Positions 26,972 to 37,038 of a stretch of DNA of 64,000 nucleotides are shown here, piece after piece. The notes below the pieces were generated by a model. That model made no database searches and was not told the DNA's origin. It saw nothing but the letters and a program-made list of their open reading frames with translations. The position numbers and the translations under genes were made by a program. This stretch comes from a virus. The DNA lies in the IMG/VR virus record IMGVR_UViG_3300021364_000006. One strand, written 5' to 3'. Numbering within the stretch: the first letter of the stretch is position 1; each line of letters begins with the position of its first letter.

Positions 26972-27372
26972 AGATCACCTTCCTTACGATTTTCGGAATA
27001 GTGGACATCAAAGTTGCCACCAGGATAACGGGCAACCAGTTTCTCAACATTCATCTCCATGATTTCATCGAGAGAAGTGCCAAGACCCATACATGCTTGA
27101 GCAACATACCACATGATGTCACCCAGCTCACGCTTTAGATGGAACATGTTCTCTTCATTGACAGGTTTGCCTTGGAAGATAATCTTCTTAACAACTTCAG
27201 TAAACTCACCTGCTTCAGCACACATTCCTACAGCAGCAGTAAGCAGTCGCTCGGAGTGAAAACCTTGACCTTCAATTTCTTGGAGACGATAGATAAACGC
27301 TTCGTGGTCTTTTGACGGTTGCGACGTGACCGCATCGACAAATTCAACATACTTCTTAGTGTCAACGCTCAT
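26968..27372 (-). CDS. mazG: MazG nucleotide pyrophosphohydrolase
   Basis: EAGEFTEVVKK, ELGDIMWY, NVEKLVARYP. Confidence 0.92.
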   Translation of the reverse strand: MSVDTKKYVEFVDAVTSQPSKDHEAFIYRLQEIEGQGFHSERLLTAAVGMCAEAGEFTEVVKKIIFQGKPVNEENMFHLKRELGDIMWYVAQACMGLGTSLDEIMEMNVEKLVARYPGGNFDVHYSENRKEGDL

Positions 27373-27397
27373 AGGTTTAATTGAATACCTCTTTATT

Positions 27398-27928
27398 TTA
27401 CACGATATCGTACAAAAATGCAATACTTACTCTAGGCTCATCTGTGTGTGAGAGTGGAGATGCGCCATAGTGTTCCCACTCTGATGGAAAACAAGCACCG
27501 TAATTGGGAATAAAAGTAGTGTAGCAATATTCCTCAAGATGTGGATTATAAACTACATTTTCACCACCCCATTGAACATTCCAGTTACTATTTGCAAATA
27601 AAACGAAAGTTAATCTTCCAGGATTAAAATCGTCAGTGTGAAAAACACTACCTTTTTGTCCAGATGTGGCAAGATTTGTATGGATGCGAAATGAATTTAA
27701 TGGTCTACGAAGAACTTTCATCAACTTATATTTGATGATTGTCTGAGCTTCCCTAAAGACAATATTAGTGTTCTTATAGTTCCGACACTGTGTCCAAAAT
27801 ATTGGATCATTATCACAATAAGATTGATTCGTCAATCTCCAATCAATCAATTCATCCTGAATAGATTCAAACAATCTATCAGGAAGAACATTTGACATTT
27901 TTATTGGATAATTGCGCTCATCAAACAT
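27398..27928 (-). CDS. 2OG-Fe(II) oxygenase (HxD, WGG type)
   Basis: FHTD..WNVQWGGE..PSEWEH..RVSIAF. Confidence 0.85.
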   Translation of the reverse strand: MFDERNYPIKMSNVLPDRLFESIQDELIDWRLTNQSYCDNDPIFWTQCRNYKNTNIVFREAQTIIKYKLMKVLRRPLNSFRIHTNLATSGQKGSVFHTDDFNPGRLTFVLFANSNWNVQWGGENVVYNPHLEEYCYTTFIPNYGACFPSEWEHYGASPLSHTDEPRVSIAFLYDIV

Positions 27929-29298
27929 TAGAAACTCAGTTTTGCAAATTTATCTTTCGGTGAAAACTGATTCTCTTCTTCATCCAAACCACCATCAATA
28001 ATGTTTTGCTGACTCTGCTCACAATCATAGAGTCGCATCTTTGCGCGATCAATGCCAAGGATGAATCGTTTGTAAACTGAAATATCATTATATCGATTTT
28101 TCAGTTGCTTTACCATAATTTGTCCGAGTTCCTGAAGCTCATCTGTAGAAATAAGGGCAAACATAAGATCAGCAGTAGCAGGGAGACCAAAGGACTCTGA
28201 AGTGTCAGTAAGGTCAATATCAGAGCTAGCATAACCAGAACGAGTGGTCTGCGTGGCAGAAACGATAGGGACGTTTGCTTCAACAGCCAACCCTCTAAGT
28301 TCTTCTGCAATAGACTTAATATACGAATATGAATTGACATTGCCGTTTCCGCGATAACGGGAGGAAGCACATATATTAAGGTAATCAATGAAAATAATAT
28401 CAGGTCTAAATGACTTCTTAAGTGCAAGTTCATTAAGCAGTGCCTTAAAGTGTCCACTGTGGGCGCTCGCGGTGGGATACTCTTTGATGATCAAGTTGCC
28501 CTGAGTCTTCTTTGCAAGGTTTGATACCTTACTCTCAAACATAGGACGAGGAAGATCTGTAATCTCTTGTATATTTACATTCAAAAGATTCGCGTCAATT
28601 CTCTCAGCAATTTTTTCTTCTGCCATCTCCATAGTGATATACAGAACATTGTACCCCGATAAGAGCGAGGACGAAGCCATATGGCACATAAAAAGAGACT
28701 TTCCGACACCTGTGCCAGCAAGAGCGATATTAAGAGTCTTGTTAGGTAGGCCGCCTTTCGTAATTTTGTTAAAGTAATCGAGATCAAACGGAATGCGATC
28801 TTCTTTACGGTGGTAAGACTCAAATCTTTCTTCAAAGTCCTGTAGATAGTCATGACCAATGTGGTTGTCAAAAGAAACTGCTAAGGCATTACTTAGAATA
28901 CTAGGGATGGCATCACGATTTTTCTTCTCATCGTTACCATCTGCAATATGAATGGACTCCATGAGTGCTAGGTAAATAGCACGATCACGACACCACTTCT
29001 CAGTAGAATCTGTCAACCACTTCTGGTCAACATCTTTCACTTCCAAAGATTCAATACACTTCTTTGCTTCTTGAATATCGTCTCCACTCAAATCAGATCG
29101 ATTTGAAATCTCAATCTGGAGAGCTTCAAGTGAGATGAGGGAGTCATACTTGACAATGAACTCTGAAGTCTCAAGAAAGATAGTTTTTTTGATACGATCT
29201 TCAAAATATTCGGGTTGCAGGAAGGGGATGACCTTCCTGGCATAGTCCTCATTGTGAATTAGATTTCTTAGAATTGTGACTTCAATTTGTTCCATCAA
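27928..29298 (-). CDS. gp41: replicative DNA helicase
   Basis: AGTGVGKS, DYLNIC, ESFGLPATAD. Confidence 0.96.
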   Translation of the reverse strand: MMEQIEVTILRNLIHNEDYARKVIPFLQPEYFEDRIKKTIFLETSEFIVKYDSLISLEALQIEISNRSDLSGDDIQEAKKCIESLEVKDVDQKWLTDSTEKWCRDRAIYLALMESIHIADGNDEKKNRDAIPSILSNALAVSFDNHIGHDYLQDFEERFESYHRKEDRIPFDLDYFNKITKGGLPNKTLNIALAGTGVGKSLFMCHMASSSLLSGYNVLYITMEMAEEKIAERIDANLLNVNIQEITDLPRPMFESKVSNLAKKTQGNLIIKEYPTASAHSGHFKALLNELALKKSFRPDIIFIDYLNICASSRYRGNGNVNSYSYIKSIAEELRGLAVEANVPIVSATQTTRSGYASSDIDLTDTSESFGLPATADLMFALISTDELQELGQIMVKQLKNRYNDISVYKRFILGIDRAKMRLYDCEQSQQNIIDGGLDEEENQFSPKDKFAKLSF

Positions 29299-30299
29299 GA
29301 CCCATAACTAAATTGTTCTTTTGCAATTGCATCCAACTTCTCCATCACCTCTGGGGTGAAGTATGATTCAGGATCTTTGTAGATTGCTTTGGCATAAACT
29401 TTCTTACCGTCTATCTCATAACGACCTGCCACATTTTTCCAGAGACCACCGAGTTCTCCCAACTCAAGAAGGCCATAGTAACGATCAAGACCGCGCTCAT
29501 CGTAATAAAGACGCACCGTAACATCTTGGTTCTCCTTGCTTAGACGCGACTTAGCAGTCTTTGCCTTGATAAGGTTTCCAATGATTTCTGTTCCATCCTT
29601 TTCCTTCTTCTTAGATAGATGAATAATCGTGGACGCCGCATACTTAAGACCACTGCCGCCACCCATCTCTTTAGTTGGAACGTATGCGCCGATGACATCG
29701 TAGGTGTGATTCGTAACGATCATTGGAATGTTTGCTTGGCCCAGTTTGAGAGTGAGCATACGGAACGCACCTTTGATAAGTTGGGATTTGGTCATGTCCC
29801 GAACTTGTTTGTCGTTGAGTGCGTCGTTAATCTCCTTCTCGGTGGAAAGCATCCCCAGAGAGTCTAGCACAAACATGCAGGGTTTGCGCTCATCTTCTGG
29901 TTTCTTTTGGTATATATCTACTGCTTTAAGTGCCTTGCTGCGGAACTCTTCTACAGTAACAACATTGACAACTACGAGTCGATTCAGGTCGATGCCCCGA
30001 CTTGCGATAAGAGACTTGTTAATAGCGGCTTCAGTGTCAAAATATAAGCAATACCCATCAGGATTAGAATCAAGGAAGTTCTTGACAACTGCAAGGCTGA
30101 AAAAAGTTTTTCCAGTGCTAGACTCGCCAGCAATGGCAGTAATCTTATTCCCAGATACACCGCCAAATATAGACCCTGAAACAAGTCCGTTAAAAATGTA
30201 CGAACCTGTATCAACATATGTTTCTGTTTCATCGATGTCTGATGCTAGTTTGGTGAAGTCATCTCCAATCTCTTTTACAATGTCTTTCAAAAAATCCAT
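29295..30299 (-). CDS. uvsX: RecA-like recombinase
   Basis: GESSTGKT, MGGGSG. Confidence 0.95.
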   Translation of the reverse strand: MDFLKDIVKEIGDDFTKLASDIDETETYVDTGSYIFNGLVSGSIFGGVSGNKITAIAGESSTGKTFFSLAVVKNFLDSNPDGYCLYFDTEAAINKSLIASRGIDLNRLVVVNVVTVEEFRSKALKAVDIYQKKPEDERKPCMFVLDSLGMLSTEKEINDALNDKQVRDMTKSQLIKGAFRMLTLKLGQANIPMIVTNHTYDVIGAYVPTKEMGGGSGLKYAASTIIHLSKKKEKDGTEIIGNLIKAKTAKSRLSKENQDVTVRLYYDERGLDRYYGLLELGELGGLWKNVAGRYEIDGKKVYAKAIYKDPESYFTPEVMEKLDAIAKEQFSYGS

Positions 30300-30302
30300 G
30301 AA

Positions 30303-30500
30303 TTAATCCCAACGCTTGGTTTTCAAATATTCTAGCACATTATCACGAACATCCATCAGTTCATGATAACATTTTTGGTTATGAGCACATTGTCTTAGTG
30401 CATGATCTGGTTTTAGAACACTCTCAACAAAGAGGTCCAATCCACGATTCCACTTATCTTGTTTTGTCTCATTATCAGGAATTGTATACTGATCTTTCAT
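30303..30500 (-). CDS. conserved cyanophage hypothetical protein
   Basis: KWNRGLDLFVESV..CAHNQKC. Confidence 0.75.
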   Translation of the reverse strand: MKDQYTIPDNETKQDKWNRGLDLFVESVLKPDHALRQCAHNQKCYHELMDVRDNVLEYLKTKRWD

Positions 30501-32992
30501 GAGAAGAAGTCCTCCAGGCTTACTGTTTTTTCGACTGACCAACCAATAGCATCTAGGATCGCTTTCAAAGGATCCACAAATGATTTACTAAATTGCAATT
30601 CATAATCAACGTATCTGTTTAAATTTAATTCTTTTGGAAAGTCTTGAATAAAAGATAGTACATTTTCATGTATCGTATTCGGCACTTTCAGATAACAGAA
30701 CTTGATTTTCTCACCATTCTGAATAAGTGAGTACTTGTTTGTAAGTTTACTCTCCTTTATGTAGTGGTTGAAAAGGAGAGCACCACGAACATGAATTGGA
30801 GTGCCTTTTCTGTAAATGTTGGAACGATCTTGAAACTTATCAACATCACTTACAGATCTCGGAAATGAAATATCCTCAGGATTAAGTGACTTGAATTCAG
30901 TTCTTGACTTTTCAATAAAATCAATTACTTCATCTTCTGTTCCAGTCATGACAAGTTTGAGTGCATCCTTAATCATCTTCCTACATGGTGCAGGAGTGGA
31001 TGATTTCACGGCTTCAATGCCCATGATTTTTAGTTTGGGCTCTTCATACCGAACACCTTCACTGTCCCATACATTCAGAATATAACGCTTCTTAGCAGTC
31101 CAAATACCGCGATCTGCGATATTCTCACGCTTCATTTGCATCTTTTGATCGTATGCCGAAACGTATGTCGCCAGTTCCTGATAAGACTTATCAATAAACG
31201 GTTCCAATTTGTCTTGGCAGATCTGGTCAAGTATTGAAACAATTGCTGCTTTGTCGCCAGACTTAGCAGCAAAAAATTTATCCACAAGAGGTCCAAGATT
31301 AAGATAGATTGAGTCAGTGTCAGATGCGATGACATAATCTACTTCTTTGGTTTGCAAAAGTGTATTTAGATACCGATTCATCTTATTCTCAATCCAACGA
31401 ATCGAGACCTGACCAGACAGGGTGATTGCTTCTGCGTTTGCTAGTTTGTAATACCTGAAGTATTGATTACCAATAGCACCATAAGCAGAGTTAAGAGAAA
31501 TCTTTTTCGCCATCTGAACATTGTTGCATCTAGCGATCTCTTTTTCAAGTGCCTTAGTAGGCGTCTTCTCATACTGCTGCTTGGCAGCGAGCATTTTCTT
31601 TTTGAAGACGACCCTCTCCTGGTACATTCTATCCATGAGCTCTGGGAGGAAACCACGGACATCCTTTCTATACATGGCACCATTTGCACACACTGCATTG
31701 TCCTTGTACATTTCAAAGGTTACTTCCTCATTAAGTATCTTATCAACTGTGGCTGTGGGATGCCTTGTCTCTCTGAGGGTTTCTGGCGAAATATTGTACT
31801 GCATAATAAGGTGAGGGTAGAGACTATTGAGGTCAAAAGAAACAACCCAATCATACTTTCCAGGAATCGGTTCCTTGACGTATGCTCCTGCGTACTTGTC
31901 ATTTTTATCAGAACGTTCTTTTGGTGGAATTACAATGTCCCTCTTTTTGAGGTGATTGTAGATGATCGCATCCCACATGCGTACCTGAAAAAACACATCA
32001 TTGTAATTGACTTTAGCGTCATATGCCATAGTCAATGCCAACTCAATCAGTTTCATCTTGTCTTCCAAACGGTCAACAAGTTCCACGTCAATAATGTTGT
32101 ACTCTACAAACTTTTGCCACCCATTGGTGTAGAAATCTTTGAACGTATCAAACTCAGAGTGATCAAGTTTCTTCTGGCCAAGTTCTACATTAGCAATGTG
32201 ATCTAGACGATAAGATTCCTGTGCCTTATAAGTGAACTTCTTATACAGATTCAGATAGTCAAGTTGGGATACTCCACCAATATCATACATAATCTGCTTA
32301 CGCCCTGCAACAAAAATTTCTCTTTCTGTTACAAGTCCCCATGGAGACAAACGCTTCATCAACTTTTCACCAAGAATGCGATCCATTCTACGGCTGATGT
32401 ATGGCATATCATACAATTCACAGTTCCAACCAGTGATGATGTCAGGAGTATTTTCCATCCACCAGTTGATGAAATCATTCAACAGATCATATTCATTATT
32501 GAACTGCTTGTAATAGTGGTTGCCTTGCTTGAGTTTAAATGGACCCTTACCCCAAGTAGTAATTTCTTTGGTGGTATAGTCCTGAATAGTAATCAGTAGA
32601 ATCTCTTCAGCAGCTGACTCTACATCTGGGAATCCATTCTCAGATGCAACCTCAATATCAATGGTAATCAGATTGATCTTTGAGATATCAAATTCAATGT
32701 GGTCAGCATTATACTTGTCGGAAATATATTGATAAATGAAACGTTCATTTCCGTAGATATTAAAATCCTCTACACCTTCATACTTTTTGATGAAGTCACG
32801 ACATTCACGAACTGTTCCTGGTTGAATTGCTTCAACATAATTGCCCTCAAGAGTTTTATATTTCGTCCTCTTATTTGAAGACACAAAAAGAGTCGGTTGA
32901 AATTTCTCCCGAGTCTGGAAACGTTCTCCGTTTTCATAACCTCGGACGAGAAATTGATCCCCGACCATTTGGACATTAGTGTAGAATCTCAT
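30497..32992 (-). CDS. gp43: family B DNA polymerase
   Basis: DIEV exo, DLNSLYP, LNSAYG, SDTDS. Confidence 0.98.
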   Translation of the reverse strand: MRFYTNVQMVGDQFLVRGYENGERFQTREKFQPTLFVSSNKRTKYKTLEGNYVEAIQPGTVRECRDFIKKYEGVEDFNIYGNERFIYQYISDKYNADHIEFDISKINLITIDIEVASENGFPDVESAAEEILLITIQDYTTKEITTWGKGPFKLKQGNHYYKQFNNEYDLLNDFINWWMENTPDIITGWNCELYDMPYISRRMDRILGEKLMKRLSPWGLVTEREIFVAGRKQIMYDIGGVSQLDYLNLYKKFTYKAQESYRLDHIANVELGQKKLDHSEFDTFKDFYTNGWQKFVEYNIIDVELVDRLEDKMKLIELALTMAYDAKVNYNDVFFQVRMWDAIIYNHLKKRDIVIPPKERSDKNDKYAGAYVKEPIPGKYDWVVSFDLNSLYPHLIMQYNISPETLRETRHPTATVDKILNEEVTFEMYKDNAVCANGAMYRKDVRGFLPELMDRMYQERVVFKKKMLAAKQQYEKTPTKALEKEIARCNNVQMAKKISLNSAYGAIGNQYFRYYKLANAEAITLSGQVSIRWIENKMNRYLNTLLQTKEVDYVIASDTDSIYLNLGPLVDKFFAAKSGDKAAIVSILDQICQDKLEPFIDKSYQELATYVSAYDQKMQMKRENIADRGIWTAKKRYILNVWDSEGVRYEEPKLKIMGIEAVKSSTPAPCRKMIKDALKLVMTGTEDEVIDFIEKSRTEFKSLNPEDISFPRSVSDVDKFQDRSNIYRKGTPIHVRGALLFNHYIKESKLTNKYSLIQNGEKIKFCYLKVPNTIHENVLSFIQDFPKELNLNRYVDYELQFSKSFVDPLKAILDAIGWSVEKTVSLEDFFS

Positions 32993-33288
32993 TCGGTAAT
33001 AAAGTCTTTGTATGCCTTGACCAGTTTTTCATGTGGTTCAACAATAGTCAGTATATCATCAGAATGCATCAAAAGGGTCTTTTGTTCTGTGATATCTGGC
33101 CAACGAACCAGTCTCTTGTTAATGTCTGGTTCTTCATCTTTGCAAAGGATACGAACTGGATCTGTCAGTTCAGTATCCGCTTCTCCAGAAAGTGGTTCAA
33201 CGTCAAATTGACTGACTTTCGCTATCAGAACTAGATCCAAGTTCTTCAGTAAGAGGCACAGGACCTGATTCTTTTTCATTTCCGTCAT
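32989..33288 (-). CDS. hypothetical protein (paralog of upstream gene)
   Basis: LLLKN..WP..TIVEP. Confidence 0.7.
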   Translation of the reverse strand: MTEMKKNQVLCLLLKNLDLVLIAKVSQFDVEPLSGEADTELTDPVRILCKDEEPDINKRLVRWPDITEQKTLLMHSDDILTIVEPHEKLVKAYKDFITE

Positions 33289-33628
33289 TGGTATACTCGT
33301 AATTGTTGTACATTTCAGCTAGTTGTGGAATAGGATCTACCAAAGTAACAACCCATTCTGGTGAAAGATAAATTACATTTTCATCACAGAATCTTGGCCA
33401 CCTAGTCATTGATAGTTCGACCTCTTCTTCATCATCATCTAGACTACCAACTTGAACATCTTCTTCACCTTCAAGAAGAAAATCATCATAATCATCTTCC
33501 TGTTCTTCGATTTTCATTGGATTGGTAAGAAGGTATGAATATACTTTCTTACCATCTTCATCCTTTACACTCTTTACCTCAGAGACAAGTTGATCTCCAT
33601 TCTTCAATAGTAAAAGTTTTAGACTCAT
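33203..33628 (-). CDS. hypothetical protein
   Basis: LLLLKNGDQLVSEV..WP..WVVTLVDP. Confidence 0.75.
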   Translation of the reverse strand: MSLKLLLLKNGDQLVSEVKSVKDEDGKKVYSYLLTNPMKIEEQEDDYDDFLLEGEEDVQVGSLDDDEEEVELSMTRWPRFCDENVIYLSPEWVVTLVDPIPQLAEMYNNYEYTNDGNEKESGPVPLTEELGSSSDSESQSI

Positions 33629-33649
33629 AACTCGGTTTTACCTCTCTTT

Positions 33650-33702
33650 ATTTTATCAGAAAAAAATGGGGGTGTCAACTGGTTTTTGCCAGTCTCCCCC
33701 AT
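33650..33702 (-). promoter_or_regulatory. hsp20 terminator fused with sigma70 promoter for the gp43 operon
   Basis: ATGGGGG..CCCCCAT-T run; TTGACA-17-TAAAAT. Confidence 0.75.
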
Positions 33703-33725
33703 GCGGCGACGATATTCAATTATAT

Positions 33726-34157
33726 TTAGAACCAATCTTTTCGCTTATGCGCTTCTGGCACCACTTTACCAAGTGTGATGCTCAGTAGCCCATCCTCAAA
33801 AGTAACTGATCTAACTTCCGTTTCATCTGATAGTGTCCAAGCTCTGGTGAAAGATCTCTTAGCCACTCCTCTATGGACATATTCTGTTTCTGTTTCTTCG
33901 TCCTCTTTTTGCCCTTCGACAAAGAGTTTACCGTCTTGCGTGTAGACATTTACTTGTTTCTTTTTAAATCCAGCTAGTGCTAGTTCCAGTCTAGATTCGA
34001 CGTTGCTGACTGTAACTAGGTTGTATGGTGGATAGTTTGATGTCGTTTCGTGCAGTGTAAACAGACGATCAAAGTATTCATCCATACCAATACTGTTTCT
34101 ATTTATGCGGTCGAACAGTTGATTTACGTTCGCAGCATTGTACTTCATTAAGTCCAT
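33726..34157 (-). CDS. hsp20: small heat-shock protein
   Basis: NYPPYNL, LALAGF, HRGVAKRSFTR, DGLL. Confidence 0.95.
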   Translation of the reverse strand: MDLMKYNAANVNQLFDRINRNSIGMDEYFDRLFTLHETTSNYPPYNLVTVSNVESRLELALAGFKKKQVNVYTQDGKLFVEGQKEDEETETEYVHRGVAKRSFTRAWTLSDETEVRSVTFEDGLLSITLGKVVPEAHKRKDWF

Positions 34158-34232
34158 TTGTACTTCTCCTTGAAAAGCGAGTTTAGATTGTGTGGACCCC
34201 GAAGGCGTCCACTACTATTTAATCATAACATG

Positions 34233-34312
34233 AAAAAAAGAGATACGGTAAAAACCGTACCTCTTTATAGGGTGTTCCGAATGTAGAGTGTGCCGCACGA
34301 AAAGCACGAAAC
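34233..34312 (-). ncRNA. candidate late small RNA between regA and hsp20
   Basis: AATAAATA promoter, nested stems GUUUCG/CGGAAC and GUGC/GCAC, terminator GAGGUACGG..CCGUAUCUC-U run. Confidence 0.45.
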
Positions 34313-34315
34313 TAT

Positions 34316-34753
34316 TTATTCGGTTTCCTGCACCTTTCTACGCTTACCAATGTTATATTTGGTTTCAAGTTCCCAGTCATTCTTTTCTTTAAATGCTAGA
34401 ACTTTGATTTGATTCAAAGGTGCAATGTTTAAAATCTTATCCACGTCATTGATTGTGATAAGACCCCAGTCAGCAAGAAGTTGCACAATGCGATTACGCC
34501 TTTGAACATCATTTACGGTAAGATTTGCTTTCTTACCATCTAGAGCAAAGAGCTCTTTGAAGTGTACAATATAATACTTACCCTGCTTATGCAGAATATG
34601 GCAAGATTGATATAGTTTCTTCTCTTTTCTAGAAGCAACACCAATACGTGTCAAAGTTTCACGAACCTTAAGAAAATCATCTGGTTCATTCAAAGTAATT
34701 TGAACCATCTGATCAGGTGCCCAAGTTACTTCAGGTTCATTCACGACGCTCAT
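34316..34753 (-). CDS. regA: translational repressor RegA
   Basis: DDFLKVRETLTRIGVAS, HFKELF. Confidence 0.96.
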   Translation of the reverse strand: MSVVNEPEVTWAPDQMVQITLNEPDDFLKVRETLTRIGVASRKEKKLYQSCHILHKQGKYYIVHFKELFALDGKKANLTVNDVQRRNRIVQLLADWGLITINDVDKILNIAPLNQIKVLAFKEKNDWELETKYNIGKRRKVQETE

Positions 34754-35130
34754 CTTTTTCCTCCAGTCTCAAGTTTGGATTTGATAAAATCTATCTGTGG
34801 TTTAGTTAGAATCTTCAAAGCCTGGAGTGCTTTTTCATTACTATAACCATAGTAAGATTTGACACATTCAAGATCTTTGACATTTTCTTTACGAAGCCAA
34901 GGAGAAAATCTCTTTCGCTTTCTCAGACTATTTAGAAGAAAGTCATACTGCAACTTCTTTGGTAGGAAATGGGATTTATTCATCTCATTTGCATACATCA
35001 AAGAATCAATTTCACCAGACAAGCATTTGTTGACAATAAAGGGTGGGTATTGTTTAACGATATCGGGGTTCTCTTTAATAAGGTCTTCCTTATTAAAGTT
35101 TATCGAGTTCAACCAATCTTTAAGTTCCAT
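34750..35130 (-). CDS. gp62: clamp loader small subunit
   Basis: YPPFIVNKCLS, YYGYS. Confidence 0.92.
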   Translation of the reverse strand: MELKDWLNSINFNKEDLIKENPDIVKQYPPFIVNKCLSGEIDSLMYANEMNKSHFLPKKLQYDFLLNSLRKRKRFSPWLRKENVKDLECVKSYYGYSNEKALQALKILTKPQIDFIKSKLETGGKR

Positions 35131-35132
35131 AA

Positions 35133-35273
35133 TTAAAATTTCGCAGTAACAGATACAATTGTTGCTCCAGGATTTCTTGCTAAAGCAACTCTCTTTGCAT
35201 CTTCATAATCACGGGCAATGACTTCTTCTTTGAAGACAGTGCCAACCTTGAACAAAGTAACTTCACATTTCAT
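35133..35273 (-). CDS. small conserved hypothetical protein (46 aa)
   Basis: MKCEVTLFKVGTVFKEEVIARDYEDAKRVALARNP. Confidence 0.65.
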   Translation of the reverse strand: MKCEVTLFKVGTVFKEEVIARDYEDAKRVALARNPGATIVSVTAKF

Positions 35274-35917
35274 TTTTTATTCCTGATAGCAAGGAAGACA
35301 TTTCCAGAGATAGAAACTCTGAAATCATCACTACTGTAAAATGGATAAACTTGATGCATCATTTGTGCTGGAAAGAATATCATCCTCCATTCATAAGAAT
35401 TATCAACTGGAATAGTTTGACTTTGTAAAGCACCAAAAGGTTCAATCGTGGTAAATTCAAATAAAGAATTTACACTACCATCGACTTTATCAGAATAAAC
35501 TTTCATTTCTTCATCTAAATCATATGGAATTTTAACCCAAATAACAAAACTATAAACTCCAGTATGTTTATGAATTGGATTGAAATCATGTTTTTTTGAA
35601 AAATTTACCCAAACTGAGGAAAGATTGAATTCATGATCTTCATCACCATTGACAAAAACCTTGAATGGATTTACTTCAAAAATTTTCCCATACTCCTCAG
35701 CCAAAGACTCAGTAAGATATTTCAAATTTGGTGTTATTGGAAGTTGACATTCTCTTTCATTATGTCCAACCAATGTCAAACAAAAAGGATCTATTTCACT
35801 ACGAAGATTATCAAGAGTTTGTATTAGTTCTTGACGCACTTGATCAGGAACTTTACATTCCAAATATCCAGGACCTGCAATCTGTTTCGATTGATAATCA
35901 AAGTTAAAATCAGTCAT
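35270..35917 (-). CDS. 2OG-Fe(II) oxygenase (HxH type)
   Basis: FNPIHKHTGVYSFV..FPAQMMHQVYPF..RVSISGN. Confidence 0.85.
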   Translation of the reverse strand: MTDFNFDYQSKQIAGPGYLECKVPDQVRQELIQTLDNLRSEIDPFCLTLVGHNERECQLPITPNLKYLTESLAEEYGKIFEVNPFKVFVNGDEDHEFNLSSVWVNFSKKHDFNPIHKHTGVYSFVIWVKIPYDLDEEMKVYSDKVDGSVNSLFEFTTIEPFGALQSQTIPVDNSYEWRMIFFPAQMMHQVYPFYSSDDFRVSISGNVFLAIRNKK

Positions 35918-37038
35918 CGAATAATCTGAATGTTGTCGGTTTCAGTCCAGAGTTCAATCTCCTTTCGGAATCGACCTTCGGACTTAAGTTTTTCATAACG
36001 CTTTCCAGCCTTCTTCTTCCACCACTTGATGATATTATCAAGTTCATGCTTGTCCCAATTCTGACCACGACGTAACTCAGATTGTTCGCCAGAGAGAACT
36101 TCGCGAACATTCTCATAACCATAGTCAGATGTATAGAAACGCTTCTTCTCAGTAAGTGAAAATGCTTTCGCAATCACACTATTGAACTGGGATAGTTTCT
36201 CTGCATCATCAAGAGAATTCTTAATGATCGAAATCATCTTTGTCTGTCGCTTCATCTTTTTTGACGAAGCTTTATTATCAGTAAGAGGATTGCCCCCATT
36301 GAGATAAGTGAAGCGATCGTGCAATCTGTGGAATTGAGCGTCATGAAGCAATGGTGTAAATTTGCTTTCAGTTAGACCACGATACCTAATAAAAGGTTTC
36401 AGACCATCGTATTGTGATGCTGACGTGGTAGAACCGTATAGAGATGTAGTTTCAAATAGAGCAATATCTTTCTCAAATTTTTCACTGATAAACTCCCTGG
36501 CAAAGTGAGAGCAGCACATAAGTGCAAGCAACTTACCACCCAAAAAGTTATATCCAAAGGGTTGAGTCGGAACAATCACAAAACCCATACAGGCATGGCG
36601 ATTAAACAGACTGAGATTTGGTGCCTTTCCAAGCCATAGATTCCTAGGTTTGGAGTTGATTGTTGGAGATCCTAGACGAATAAATCCAACAACAGTATTA
36701 GTCGTGGTCTCTTTTACAATCCACTTGTGTTCTCTTCCAGGAATGTTTGATTCATTGTTGTGAGAAGAGACGGATGCAAGTAAATTTTTGTAGTATTTTT
36801 GATCGAGACCACCCTTACCAACAGGAATCATAGAGAATTCCATGTCTTCTGGATGAATATCAAAGTTGAAGATATCCTCAGAGAATGATGACACGGAAGA
36901 CATACCATCAAGCACTTCTTTCTTCACATAGCGAAGATAGTCCTCAATACCATTGAGGTTTTCAAAGTAAGAGATGAATTCATCTGCAGCCCAAACTGCA
37001 TCATCATTGGATACCGTCTTAATCATGTGCTCAAACAA
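35914..37038 (-). CDS. DUF4338-like conserved protein
   Basis: IPGR, VPTQPFGYNFLGGKLLA, ETTSLYG, SQYDGL. Confidence 0.7.
   Translation of the reverse strand: MFEHMIKTVSNDDAVWAADEFISYFENLNGIEDYLRYVKKEVLDGMSSVSSFSEDIFNFDIHPEDMEFSMIPVGKGGLDQKYYKNLLASVSSHNNESNIPGREHKWIVKETTTNTVVGFIRLGSPTINSKPRNLWLGKAPNLSLFNRHACMGFVIVPTQPFGYNFLGGKLLALMCCSHFAREFISEKFEKDIALFETTSLYGSTTSASQYDGLKPFIRYRGLTESKFTPLLHDAQFHRLHDRFTYLNGGNPLTDNKASSKKMKRQTKMISIIKNSLDDAEKLSQFNSVIAKAFSLTEKKRFYTSDYGYENVREVLSGEQSELRRGQNWDKHELDNIIKWWKKKAGKRYEKLKSEGRFRKEIELWTETDNIQIIR

Noticed and set aside
33700-33720. glnA/glutamine riboswitch suggested by ATCGTC start
   Set aside because: Lacks the GGAAGUA..GAAGGAACG core I would expect
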